From a candidate division WWE3 bacterium RIFOXYC1_FULL_40_10 (GTDB lineage Bacteria; Patescibacteriota; WWE3; UBA101185; UBA10185), in assembly GCA_001773215.1 (NCBI GenBank), contig MEWB01000001.1, forward strand, positions 614,099 to 678,098: DNA of 64,000 nt. Reading direction: 5' to 3'. This document shows positions 18,660 through 28,372 of this stretch, in pieces; the first letter of the stretch is position 1; every line of letters begins with the position of its first letter. Both the position numbers and the translations under genes were made by a program. The notes beneath the pieces are model-generated. The model did not search any database and was not told the DNA's origin. It worked only from the letters and a program-made list of their open reading frames with translations.

Positions 18660-20387
18660 TTACACTGATATGGAATGAACAATCACCATTGGAGTGCGAC
18701 CCTCTTCTTTTCGAATATATTTATCAACATCATTCTCAATTTTGCGTCGCAAACTTCCCCAATCCAGCCCTTTCGACTGGTGCTTATTAATTGTTTTCGT
18801 AATAAATTTCCTGCTCCTGTCCATAAACTCCCTGGATTCTTTAACGTATATGAACCCTCGAGTTACAATATCAATTTTGTCCGCAAATATTTGATTGTTT
18901 TTCCTTGATACGGGCACCAGTACAACAAAAACGCCGTCTGTGCACATTTGGTCTCGGTCTTTTAGGAGTATTGGATCAATTTGGCTTGCCATAGCCCCCT
19001 GCCCACCAATATACACCTGCTTTACTTCCAGTTTCGTTCCCATTCTAGCAGTTCCTCTTTCAAACAAGATACAATCCCCTTCAGTAGGTTCCAAAACCCT
19101 ATCCTTTGAAACCCCAAGGGATTCTACCATTCTGGAATAAGCCTTCATCTTAGTTATCGTACCGCCTATAGGTAAATAGTACCTAGGTTTTACAACTGCA
19201 GCAATGGTCATTAAGTCATCTCGTGTTCCATGACCTGACACATGCAGGTTATCCTGAATTCCACTGTAAATGACTTCCGCCCCGATAGTAGTAAGTTGAG
19301 CCATCATTCTATCCACTGCAATATCTACTCCCGGAGGATTTGGATCGGCTGAAAAGATTACTGCGGCATCCTCTTCTAACTGGATATATCTATTTTCGTT
19401 TCTACTTACTTTCCCAAGTGCTGAATCCTCTTGGCCGTAGCACCCTGCGATGATATAAACTAAACTTTTTTGGTCATACTCATTAGCTATTTTGTCATCT
19501 ACAAATATAGATTCGTCGAAAGGCAAATAGCCAAGTTTTTTAGCAACATCAGTATTCTGCTTTATAGAACGCCCTGAAAATACCACCTTTTTTCCGATTT
19601 TTGCCGCTGCACTTATAATTTGATACATTCTGGATATATTTGACGATATTGTTGTGACAAGAATCTGTCTTGACTCATATTTATCAAACAAATCAACAAA
19701 TGTATCGTTAAGAGTCGCTTCGGATTTTGACCTACCTTCATGGGTTACACCTAAACAATCGGATAATAGGCACAGTACACCACTCTCCCCATATGACGCT
19801 ATCCTTCCCAAATCAATCGGTTTGTCTATAACAGGTGTCCAATCTATTTTGTAGTCGGCCATATGAAGAATTCTGCCCTCTGGAGTATTTATTGAAATAC
19901 CTGTTGCCTCCGGAACAGAGTGATTCACCCTAAAGGCGGATAAAGAAAACGCCCCTATTTTTACCTCAGCAGTACTAGGAGAAAATTCATGGAAGCGCAA
20001 CTTATCCAACAATGGTTTAAACTGCTTATCACCCAATTTTTCACGGATAAAACCCTGAACGAGTTTACCCGCATAAATTGGCACATCGAACTCCTCCATC
20101 AAAAAAGGAATTGCCCCTATATGATCTTCATGCCCGTGGGTAATTATCAAAGCTTTAAACTTGTGTCTGTTATCCCGCAGATAAGTAAAATCGGGTATTA
20201 CAACATTTACCCCAAGCATATCGTTGTCGGGAAAATCTACTCCGCAATCTATCGCAATTATTGTGTCGTTGTACTCATATAGAGTCATATTCTTTGTAAC
20301 CGTCTCAGTTCCTGATAAAGTGATTATTTTTAGTCCTCCCGAACTGCCGGCCGTATTATTAATTAAAGTATCTATCATATTATTCAT
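18660..20387 (-). CDS. rnj: Ribonuclease J (metallo-beta-lactamase / beta-CASP)
   Basis: HGHEDHIG motif, beta-CASP region, 575 aa. Confidence 0.85.
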   Translation of the reverse strand: MNNMIDTLINNTAGSSGGLKIITLSGTETVTKNMTLYEYNDTIIAIDCGVDFPDNDMLGVNVVIPDFTYLRDNRHKFKALIITHGHEDHIGAIPFLMEEFDVPIYAGKLVQGFIREKLGDKQFKPLLDKLRFHEFSPSTAEVKIGAFSLSAFRVNHSVPEATGISINTPEGRILHMADYKIDWTPVIDKPIDLGRIASYGESGVLCLLSDCLGVTHEGRSKSEATLNDTFVDLFDKYESRQILVTTISSNISRMYQIISAAAKIGKKVVFSGRSIKQNTDVAKKLGYLPFDESIFVDDKIANEYDQKSLVYIIAGCYGQEDSALGKVSRNENRYIQLEEDAAVIFSADPNPPGVDIAVDRMMAQLTTIGAEVIYSGIQDNLHVSGHGTRDDLMTIAAVVKPRYYLPIGGTITKMKAYSRMVESLGVSKDRVLEPTEGDCILFERGTARMGTKLEVKQVYIGGQGAMASQIDPILLKDRDQMCTDGVFVVLVPVSRKNNQIFADKIDIVTRGFIYVKESREFMDRSRKFITKTINKHQSKGLDWGSLRRKIENDVDKYIRKEEGRTPMVIVHSISV

Positions 20388-20391
20388 TTTT

Positions 20392-20997
20392 CTAAATTTC
20401 TAACCCCAACTGACCATCGGTCGATTGGGAAGTTGTTTCATCTTTCTTATTTATAATTTCATTAAGTACATTTGGAATTCTAACGAAGTCTTTTTTGAAA
20501 GTTTCCATCATGTTTCCATTTCTTAGAGCTGCTGCGGGATGGTAAATGGGATATATATTAAATCCTTTAGTCTGAACAAGGTGTCCTCGATCCCTGGTTA
20601 TTTTCCCATCCGGATAAAAGTAATTCATAGCAAATCTACCTAAAGTCACAACAAGTTTGGGAGAAATGGTATTTAGTTGCAAAGCCAAATATTTCTCACA
20701 AGCTTTTATTTCGTCGGGCAAGGGATCCCTATTTTCCGGAGGGCGGTGCTTTATCACATTGCCAATCCAAACATCCTCTCGGGCATAGCCTATCTTCTTT
20801 AAACCTGCCTCCAGCAACTTCCCGGCCCTACCAACAAAGGGCCTCCCTGTAGCGTCTTCTGTGGCCCCTGGAGCCTCTCCAACGAAAGCAATGGCCGCCT
20901 TAGGATTCCCTTCGCCCGGTACCGGGTTCTTTGCGGCTTCGTACAACCTACAGTTTTTGCAAACTTTAATGTTTGTCGTTATATCTTCAAGTGTCAT
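20392..20997 (-). CDS. Uracil-DNA glycosylase, family 4
   Basis: GEGNPKAAIAFVGEAPGATEDATGRPFVGRAGKLL is the UDG family 4 signature. Confidence 0.8.
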   Translation of the reverse strand: MTLEDITTNIKVCKNCRLYEAAKNPVPGEGNPKAAIAFVGEAPGATEDATGRPFVGRAGKLLEAGLKKIGYAREDVWIGNVIKHRPPENRDPLPDEIKACEKYLALQLNTISPKLVVTLGRFAMNYFYPDGKITRDRGHLVQTKGFNIYPIYHPAAALRNGNMMETFKKDFVRIPNVLNEIINKKDETTSQSTDGQLGLEI

Positions 20998-21503
20998 CTA
21001 ATAATCCCCCTGCTTTTTAACAGGTCTAAAATTTTCAGTAATATCTCCCTTTTCTTTTTTTGCCTCATCAAGCTTAACAGCCTTTTAGCTCCAATATATT
21101 CCATCCAAAAATAATCATCAAACCCCGTGTCTTTTACATCTAACCTGCCGGTTTTATGATTAACAACCATAAAGAAATAATGTTTGCCCTTCATTTCCAC
21201 ACCTTTTCCCAAATGAAACTCCATTTCCTCCTTAGTTACATCTTTTGGGAAAAACTCCGCACTTGCTTCACCTATTATTTCAGCTTTCTTCTCACATCCT
21301 GCTGCAAAGCTGTTACCAAGCTCTTCAGAAATTTCGCGGTAAAGAGCTTCCTCAAGATTTTCCTCGAACCTAACTCCCCCTTGGGGAATTAGCCAAAGGT
21401 TGTAGTCCTTTCTATGGAGCAACAACAACTGATTATCAAACACAACACATGCTATTACAGTGGGTCTCATGCCTTCTTTTCTAATTGGTCCTAAATCAAT
21501 CAT
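20994..21503 (-). CDS. NUDIX hydrolase
   Basis: Nudix box GGVRFEENLEEALYREISEELG. Confidence 0.75.
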   Translation of the reverse strand: MIDLGPIRKEGMRPTVIACVVFDNQLLLLHRKDYNLWLIPQGGVRFEENLEEALYREISEELGNSFAAGCEKKAEIIGEASAEFFPKDVTKEEMEFHLGKGVEMKGKHYFFMVVNHKTGRLDVKDTGFDDYFWMEYIGAKRLLSLMRQKKKREILLKILDLLKSRGIIR

Positions 21504-21507
21504 ATAT

Positions 21508-22569
21508 TTAACTTGGCAAGTAGTGTTTTAAATTTTCGGCAGTGAGGTACACTTTTTTGCTCTTGCCTTCTACTATTTCCTTAGCTACCTTTCGGCAAAT
21601 AGACTCCAGGGTTCTTCCCAAACTTCTAATTCCCGAGTCATATCCAAATGGTCTTACAATTCCTGGCCAGAGATTTGGATCTATCTCCAACTCTCCGGGA
21701 TTTAAACCGGATCTTTCCATTACTTTGGGCATAAGATACTCTTTTGCGATAACCTGTTTTTCCATATCGGTATAGGAAGGCATTTTTATAACTTCCATTC
21801 TATCCATTAATGCTGTTGTTATAGTACCTGTATTATTTGCCGAACAAATAAACAGAACATCCGATAAGTTAACCGGATAATCAATGTAATGATCTCTAAA
21901 TTCAACATTTTGCGCCGGATCCAAAATCTCGAGTAATATGGCCATAATATCGTTTCGTAAACCTGCTTCACCTGAGGCTTTTTCGATCTCATCCAAGAGT
22001 ATTACAGGATTTCTTGTTCCCGTCTTAATCAGTGCCTTAATTATCTGCCCAGGCTCCGCTTCCGGAAAAGCTTTACTCTTTCCTCTAAGTTCCAACGGAC
22101 TTCCAATACCTCCCATGGCAATACGCTGAAACTTTCTTCCCAAAGCTTGGGCAATAGAAATAGATAGTGTAGTTTTACCAACGCCCTGTAAACCAACAAA
22201 AAGCAGTACAGGGGATCTCGCAATGGCGTTTCGGTTTCTCATTTGTAATAACTGCAGTGTTGCCAGGTATTCAATTATTCTCTCCTTAACGTAATCCATT
22301 CCATGGTGACTATTATCCATAAGCTTACGAGCATTTTCTAAATCCAGCTTATCCTCTGTTTTATTCTTCCATGGTATAGAAGCAGTAACTTCGATATATC
22401 TGGATAAAGTATCAAATTCCTCGGCGTAATGGCCTAAATTTGCCATCCTTTCCAAGCGTTGTATCATCTGCTCCAAACGTTCCGACAAATCTTCAGGCAT
22501 TCCCTGAGTCTCAGCGATTATTGTATGAAGTCTTTGAAGCTCCTCGAACGCGTATTTTTTTTGATCCAT
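21508..22569 (-). CDS. Lon-like AAA+ ATPase module lacking the S16 protease domain
   Basis: Alignable to the Lon linker + AAA+ region: LLFVGLQGVGKTTLSISIAQALGRKF (Walker A), ILLDEIEK (Walker B), EVLDP..N..F.DHY, LSDVLFICSANN, LMDRMEVIK. The ORF ends after the AAA+ alpha-subdomain, and no protease domain is adjacent. Confidence 0.7.
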   Translation of the reverse strand: MDQKKYAFEELQRLHTIIAETQGMPEDLSERLEQMIQRLERMANLGHYAEEFDTLSRYIEVTASIPWKNKTEDKLDLENARKLMDNSHHGMDYVKERIIEYLATLQLLQMRNRNAIARSPVLLFVGLQGVGKTTLSISIAQALGRKFQRIAMGGIGSPLELRGKSKAFPEAEPGQIIKALIKTGTRNPVILLDEIEKASGEAGLRNDIMAILLEILDPAQNVEFRDHYIDYPVNLSDVLFICSANNTGTITTALMDRMEVIKMPSYTDMEKQVIAKEYLMPKVMERSGLNPGELEIDPNLWPGIVRPFGYDSGIRSLGRTLESICRKVAKEIVEGKSKKVYLTAENLKHYLPS

Positions 22570-22584
22570 AGTGTTATTCTACCA

Positions 22585-23538
22585 TCATAAAATTGATATT
22601 TGATTCAATCCCGATTTACTAACCGCTCTTATTAGTTTTGAAAATTCCGGACTGATATTTTCTTGCTTTTCCAATAGGGACAGAACTTTATCCCCCAACA
22701 TGTATATATTCACTCTCCCCAGTCGAGGCGCCAACCGATACATATCATTAAATTTAGAATCGGAGCCTATGTTTCTTGCTATTCCATCCTTCGTATCTAC
22801 TGCTTCTTCTAATAGGCCACTGCTAGAGGAAAATAACACCACCTGATTAGCAACACGGATATTTAGCTGTTCTATATCCGAAAAATCCCCCTGAGTTAAT
22901 TTAGAATCAGGCTTTAAGAACATTATGAGACCGTATTCAACGTTTTCCTCTTTTGGCACTAAAAACAGCACAAAGTTTTGGCGTACAGAATCTTTAAGAA
23001 TTCTATAAACAGGCTTGTATTGGTCATCAAACGCAAACAAAGTCTGTGAAAAACCTTCCAAGTCAGCCCCTTCCACAATAGCCTCAGAGATGTAGGGTAT
23101 ATACTGCTTTGCATCATCCCCCGAAAAACTTCCTGAAGCAAAAGGTATGTCAATATCTAGCAATATAGCCTGCTGTTGAAGCCTAAAGGTGTTATCGATC
23201 GTTTGCTCAGAGCTAGGACCGTCTTCATTGGTGTTTCTTACCGGAAGAAGCCCTGATTTTTGCAAAAAAAGATATGAAATTGTAAAAAAGGCTGTTGAAA
23301 GAATGAGGATCGCCACTAACAACTTGAAATTGATAATATAAAGAGTTTGCTTAAGTGAATTTGAAAAATATCTTAAAAAAGAAACCTTAGCAGATGACGA
23401 CTTATACTCGTGAGTGATTATATATTCATTTGCAGGTTTAGTTAGATCAGTGGGCAATTTTTCCCCACAAAAAGAGCAAAAGTAGGCACTTCCACTGGAT
23501 AATTTAAGTTTGCATTTGGGGCAGAATCTTTCCTTCAT
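22585..23538 (-). CDS. Hypothetical membrane protein with N-terminal zinc ribbon (CPKCK...CSFCGE)
   Basis: CxxC...CxxC ribbon, one TM helix, extracytoplasmic domain of unknown function. Confidence 0.45.
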   Translation of the reverse strand: MKERFCPKCKLKLSSGSAYFCSFCGEKLPTDLTKPANEYIITHEYKSSSAKVSFLRYFSNSLKQTLYIINFKLLVAILILSTAFFTISYLFLQKSGLLPVRNTNEDGPSSEQTIDNTFRLQQQAILLDIDIPFASGSFSGDDAKQYIPYISEAIVEGADLEGFSQTLFAFDDQYKPVYRILKDSVRQNFVLFLVPKEENVEYGLIMFLKPDSKLTQGDFSDIEQLNIRVANQVVLFSSSSGLLEEAVDTKDGIARNIGSDSKFNDMYRLAPRLGRVNIYMLGDKVLSLLEKQENISPEFSKLIRAVSKSGLNQISIL

Positions 23539-23568
23539 CTTAGTTCAAGTATAGCGATTCCATAGGTG

Positions 23569-23597
23569 AAAAGCTACGGACGTACTCCGTAGCTTTT
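23569..23597 (-). terminator. Intrinsic terminator downstream of pnp (8-bp stem GCTACGGA/TCCGTAGC flanked by A4/T4)
   Basis: Seen directly, 8 nt past the pnp stop. Confidence 0.6.
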
Positions 23598-23604
23598 CCC
23601 AAGG

Positions 23605-25794
23605 TTACCTTCTATTTCGCCCTCTGCCGTTTCCGCGGCTGTTTCGAGAATCATTTCTTCTAATATAGTCGCCGGAATCCTGACCTTCTGGTTGATCTAA
23701 AGCCTTCTTAGATAAGCTAATTTTTCCGTGTTCTCCTAGGCCTACAACTTTAACTTTCACCTTGTCTCCAACCGAAAAGTGATCCGCCACGTTTTCTACA
23801 TAACTATTGGCTATTTCACTAACATGCAGTAAACCAACTTTACCTGGAAGAATTTCGACCAGTGCACCAAAGTCTAGTAAATCAACAACCTCACCGTCGA
23901 ATATTTCACCTACCTCCACATCTCTAACTAAGGCATTGATTATTTCTAATGCTTTCTGGCTCTTTTCCAATGTATCAGCAGATACAGTGACACTACCATC
24001 ATCTTCGATAAAGATCTCAGAACCGGTTTTTTCCTGTATTTCTTTTATAGTTTTGCCCCCAGAACCGATTATGACGCCAATTTTTTCAACGGCTATAATG
24101 GTTGTCAAAAGTTTAGGCGCAAATTCAGAAACTCCTGCTTTAGGAGTACTTATTGTCTGCTTCATCACATCTAATACCTTTAATCTGGCCTCTCTGGATC
24201 TATCAAATATCTCAGAAACCATTGTAAAAGGTAAACCTGCTACCTTCATATCAACTTGGATAGCTGTCACACCTTCTGCTGTTCCTGCAACTTTAAAATC
24301 CATCACTCCCAATCCATCTTCCAGCCCGTTTAAATCTGTAAGTATTCTATATTTCGAACTTTTCTCGTCGAATACTAATCCCATTGCAATACCGGCAACC
24401 ATTTCCTTAATTGGTACACCAGCATCCATAAGAGCTAAAGTGGAAGCACAAGCTGAGGCCATAGACGAAGACCCGTTTGATGATAATGTTTCTGAAACCA
24501 ACATTACCATATAGGGAAATTCCTTTTGATCGGGTATAACCGGCCTCAAAGCTTTTTCAGCTAACATACCATGTCCAATTTCTCGAGATTTTGGAGCACC
24601 CGTACGTCCAACCTCACCTGTAGCAAAAGGGGCAAAGTTGTAATAGTGAATATATCTTTTGGTTCTCTCACCGTACATATCTTGAATCAACAGCTCCAAA
24701 GAAGGAGATCCTAATGTTGCTACTGTTAGCACCTGGGTTTGTCCTCTTGTGAACAACCCTGTTCCATGTGTTCTTGGTAAAACTCCTATCTTAGCAGTCA
24801 ACTCTCGGATATCTTTTTCACCTCTCCCGTCAACTCTTAAACCTTCTTCCAAAACTAAGGACTTCATAGCTTCCTTTTCCAACTCTTTTAGGGCTCTTTG
24901 CATATCTGATTTCTTATATTTGCCTTCGAAAGTTGTTATCACCTTCTCCTCAATTGATGTCATCGCTTCTTTGAGAGCTTCAGCATCAGATTCTCCTACC
25001 GGTCTAACACTTAACTTAATTTCCTCTCCTGCAAGCTCCCTTATAGCAATAAGCATATCTTCAGGCACAGCTTTAGACTCGTATGCGTATTTTTTGGCTT
25101 GAGGGTTTACCTCATTGGTAAACTCATTTAAAAGTTTGAATATGGGATCCGACTTGTCTCTTCCAAAATTGATAGCACTTAAAACTTTATCCTCGGGTAG
25201 CATATTGATCTCTGCTTCTAATGCCAACAATCTCTTGTCTTCGCCTACAAAAGACAGCATCATATCCAGTTGATCGGCTCTTAATTCCGAACTACTTGGA
25301 GGGTTAATTGTCATTTCGTCACCTTTTATTCCAACCCTAATTGATGCCATAGGTCCATTCCACGGAATGTCGCTGGCTGTTAAAGCAGCAGAAGTTGCCA
25401 CCATACTTAATACTTCTGGGTCACAGCAAGCGTCCAAAGAGAGTACTGTAACAATAACCTGAACCTCATCCATGTAATCCTTAGGAAATAGCGGTCTTAT
25501 CGCATGGTCTATTAATCTCTTTGTTATTACCGCCTCGTCTGTACCTTTTCCATCCCTTTTTACAAATCTTGAAGACTTAATTGTTCCGCTGGCGTACAGT
25601 TTTTCTTCATAATTTACCGTTAAAGGAAAAAAGTCTATATCTGGGGCTGCAACACCCGATACAACAGTGACTAATACAACTGTATCGCCATACGAGGCTT
25701 TTACTGCCATATTAGCTCTACTTGCCAGCTCACCTGTTTCGAGTACCAATTTTTTACCGTTAATTTCTACTTCTTTTACGATTTTTTTTATCAT
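23605..25794 (-). CDS. pnp: Polynucleotide phosphorylase
   Basis: Two RNase PH domains, KH and S1 domains, and an R/G-rich C-terminal tail. Confidence 0.9.
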   Translation of the reverse strand: MIKKIVKEVEINGKKLVLETGELASRANMAVKASYGDTVVLVTVVSGVAAPDIDFFPLTVNYEEKLYASGTIKSSRFVKRDGKGTDEAVITKRLIDHAIRPLFPKDYMDEVQVIVTVLSLDACCDPEVLSMVATSAALTASDIPWNGPMASIRVGIKGDEMTINPPSSSELRADQLDMMLSFVGEDKRLLALEAEINMLPEDKVLSAINFGRDKSDPIFKLLNEFTNEVNPQAKKYAYESKAVPEDMLIAIRELAGEEIKLSVRPVGESDAEALKEAMTSIEEKVITTFEGKYKKSDMQRALKELEKEAMKSLVLEEGLRVDGRGEKDIRELTAKIGVLPRTHGTGLFTRGQTQVLTVATLGSPSLELLIQDMYGERTKRYIHYYNFAPFATGEVGRTGAPKSREIGHGMLAEKALRPVIPDQKEFPYMVMLVSETLSSNGSSSMASACASTLALMDAGVPIKEMVAGIAMGLVFDEKSSKYRILTDLNGLEDGLGVMDFKVAGTAEGVTAIQVDMKVAGLPFTMVSEIFDRSREARLKVLDVMKQTISTPKAGVSEFAPKLLTTIIAVEKIGVIIGSGGKTIKEIQEKTGSEIFIEDDGSVTVSADTLEKSQKALEIINALVRDVEVGEIFDGEVVDLLDFGALVEILPGKVGLLHVSEIANSYVENVADHFSVGDKVKVKVVGLGEHGKISLSKKALDQPEGQDSGDYIRRNDSRNSRGNGRGRNRR

Positions 25795-25906
25795 ATTTAT
25801 TTTTCTAACTTTTGGTGATTTTAAAAGGGTTTAGGGATAAAATGCTGAGCACTGTTAAAATGCACAATACCTTATCACTAACCTTTCCAAATCCCAAAGA
25901 TTTAAA

Positions 25907-26185
25907 TTATTTACTTAGTTCTACCTTCTCCAATAGAGAAGTATACCTCTTTTCATCTTTCTTTTTTAGATATGCCAACAGTCTTCGTCTCTTATTAACC
26001 ATTTGAAGTAATCCTCTTCTGGAGTGATTATCTTTTTTATGGTCTTTTAAATGAGCGGATAATCTGTTGATCTTCTCGCTTAACAGTGCAACCTGCACTT
26101 CCGGAGACCCGGTATCGGCTTCATGCAATCTGTTACCTTTTATTATCTTTTGCTTTTTTTCTTGCTGTAATGGCATATACGACAA
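25907..26185 (-). CDS. rpsO: 30S ribosomal protein S15
   Basis: ...[36 protein letters not shown]... is the S15 signature; canonical position upstream of pnp. Confidence 0.9.
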   Translation of the reverse strand: MSYMPLQQEKKQKIIKGNRLHEADTGSPEVQVALLSEKINRLSAHLKDHKKDNHSRRGLLQMVNKRRRLLAYLKKKDEKRYTSLLEKVELSK

Positions 26186-26217
26186 TGTATGTTAGCAAAC
26201 ATTATCAATAAAATCAA

Positions 26218-26835
26218 CTACATAGTTTTATTCACTATTCCCTTTAGCAAGGCCTTAGCCGCGATTTCGTCGGCTTTTAATCCAAGTTTATAAGCGTTAT
26301 TTAAAACAAACAAACTAAGTACACTTGTTTCGGCTCCGGTGATATTAAAAGTCCCATAATTAGTGTTATCTATTGAGTTGTCAAAATTTACTAGCTTCAC
26401 ATTCTTTAATACGTCTTGAAATTTACCTAATTTCTCCTGAGTAGGCACACCTACAGATAGTACTAAATCAAAATCAGATCCTTTAATAATTGGTATTACC
26501 TTTGAAATGTCGAAATCTTTGTTTATCGGGCTAACACTTAGGTATAAAGTTTGGTCTTCGGTGTAATAATGAACTTTCGACGCCTGAGTTCCGGAATAAT
26601 CAATTGAAACAAGTAGTTCTCTCTGTTGTAGCTCTTTTTGTACTTCTGTCTCACCAATAATATCTTTACAATCCTCAGGTATCTCGCCATCAAATAAGAA
26701 GGTACAATTTTTTTGCTTTGCCATAACCATCCTCATTACTCCAACACCGGCACAAAACTTGTCTATAGAGGAATCAGCAGGAATGACCACTGCTATATTA
26801 TTTGAATTTACGATAAGATCTTTAATTTCAGCCAT
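26218..26835 (-). CDS. DHH-family-like protein with degenerate catalytic motifs (NrnA-like fold?)
   Basis: NIAVVIPADSSIDKFCAGVGVMRMV aligns to the DHH N-terminal motif (PDGDAIGS replaced by PADSSIDK); VSIDYSG sits in place of DHH. It occupies the infB-(rbfA/nrnA)-rpsO position. Start set at MAEIK. Confidence 0.35.
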   Translation of the reverse strand: MAEIKDLIVNSNNIAVVIPADSSIDKFCAGVGVMRMVMAKQKNCTFLFDGEIPEDCKDIIGETEVQKELQQRELLVSIDYSGTQASKVHYYTEDQTLYLSVSPINKDFDISKVIPIIKGSDFDLVLSVGVPTQEKLGKFQDVLKNVKLVNFDNSIDNTNYGTFNITGAETSVLSLFVLNNAYKLGLKADEIAAKALLKGIVNKTM

Positions 26836-26839
26836 ACTA

Positions 26840-28333
26840 TTAAATTGCTTCAATCCACAGATCTCTCTGGATAGCATCAAATTGCGGCTTAAGTAAAACA
26901 CCACACTCTGTATCTCTACCTGCAACCGTAATATCATCCTGTCCTCGTTTGAGCTTCTTAATAGATCCCCTATATAAGGGCTCGTCTTCGACTTTAAGTT
27001 CCGCAGGATCTTTGTCGTAGATGGCTATTCTCATATCTGGCTTTAGGGATCCTGCAATTACCTTACACCCCGCTATAACGTCCCCTGACTCTAATTTGAA
27101 AAGTTTTACTATCTGAGCTCGGCCCTTAATTTTTGCTTCCTCTTCCACTGCGGTACCCTCTAATATTTTTTTGGCATAATCAATCAAATCGTAAATAGTT
27201 TGAAAGGACTTCACTGTTACTTTCTGGCTATCTGCCAAATCTTTAACATTTCCGGATATCCTGGCGTTAAAACCTAAAACAATTCCCTTTGCTCCTCCCG
27301 CTAGTATTACGTCGGAATCGTTAATATCGCCTGTGCCTGTATGTAAAAACTTAAGCGCGTATGTTGCCTCTACCGATTTAGAAACTAATTCAGCTAAGCT
27401 GGCTTTTATTGCCTCCAAAGTACCGGCAGTATCCGACTTTAAAACAAGCCCAATAGCCTTTTTACTTTTTTGTCCCAAAATTGTAAGCTCATCATCCATA
27501 GCAGAAAGTTCCGCCAGTTCACTGCCTTTTGATACAATTAAATCCCCAACTTTAGGCATATCTTTAAAACCGAGTATTTCCACCGGTGTAGAAGGATAGG
27601 CTTCGGAAACTGAGCTACCCTTTTCATCCAGCAACAGTTTTATTTTGGCCTCGTGGCCGCCTGCCACAATTTGGTCCCCAATCCTCAGAATGCCATTTTT
27701 AACGATACAAGTTACAACATACCCTTTTTGCCTATCCAAACGGGATTCTACAATTATTGCTTCCTTTTCGCTTTCGGAGGATCCTTTTATTTCCATTATT
27801 TCCGCTTGAGCCAAAATTGCATCCAGTAAGTTTTCAATTCCTTGTCCCGTCTTCGCTGAAACCGGAACACAAACTATATCTCCTCCCCAATCCTCAACTA
27901 ATATATTCTCACTAGCCAATTGCTGCTTGGTTTTTTGCAAATCTGCTCCGGGTAGATCAATTTTATTAATTGCTACTATCAACGGAGTCTTTGCGCTTTT
28001 AATATGGGAAATTGCTTCTTTAGTCTGGGGTTTTACTCCCTCTTCCGCGGCCACTACCAATATAACAATATCTGCTGCCTTCCCACCCCTCGCTCTCATT
28101 TGTACAAAGGCTTCGTGCCCGGGGGTATCGATAAATGTTATTACACTGTTTTTGTGAGTTACTTGATAAGCACCTATATGCTGAGTAATACCGGCATACT
28201 CTTTGGCCTGAACATTTGTTTTGCGAATAAAGTCGAGAATACTGGTCTTTCCATGATCGACATGGCCCATAACCGTAACAATAGGGGGTCTAATCTTCTT
28301 GTATTCAGTTTTTGCTCGCATTTGTTTATCCAT
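26840..28333 (-). CDS. infB: Translation initiation factor IF-2 (short form, G domain onward)
   Basis: GHVDHGKTS, DTPGHEAF, NKID G-motifs; 497 aa with no long N-terminal extension. Confidence 0.9.
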   Translation of the reverse strand: MDKQMRAKTEYKKIRPPIVTVMGHVDHGKTSILDFIRKTNVQAKEYAGITQHIGAYQVTHKNSVITFIDTPGHEAFVQMRARGGKAADIVILVVAAEEGVKPQTKEAISHIKSAKTPLIVAINKIDLPGADLQKTKQQLASENILVEDWGGDIVCVPVSAKTGQGIENLLDAILAQAEIMEIKGSSESEKEAIIVESRLDRQKGYVVTCIVKNGILRIGDQIVAGGHEAKIKLLLDEKGSSVSEAYPSTPVEILGFKDMPKVGDLIVSKGSELAELSAMDDELTILGQKSKKAIGLVLKSDTAGTLEAIKASLAELVSKSVEATYALKFLHTGTGDINDSDVILAGGAKGIVLGFNARISGNVKDLADSQKVTVKSFQTIYDLIDYAKKILEGTAVEEEAKIKGRAQIVKLFKLESGDVIAGCKVIAGSLKPDMRIAIYDKDPAELKVEDEPLYRGSIKKLKRGQDDITVAGRDTECGVLLKPQFDAIQRDLWIEAI

Positions 28334-28372
28334 AAATTTGTCGAAAACATATTAAGCTTAGTTAGCTCAAAG

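Noticed and set aside
23807-24514. 235-aa plus-strand ORF, and several other long antisense ORFs (for example 29672..30115, 37058..37654, 46405..46740)
   Set aside because: All lie antisense within strongly supported genes (pnp, dnaJ-like, recA, secD), so they are spurious.
26218-26937. Track's 239-aa version of the DHH-like ORF overlapping infB by about 100 nt
   Set aside because: The N-terminal 34 aa overlap the infB 3' end. The internal Met (MAEIK) gives a 4-nt gap to infB and a better gene boundary.
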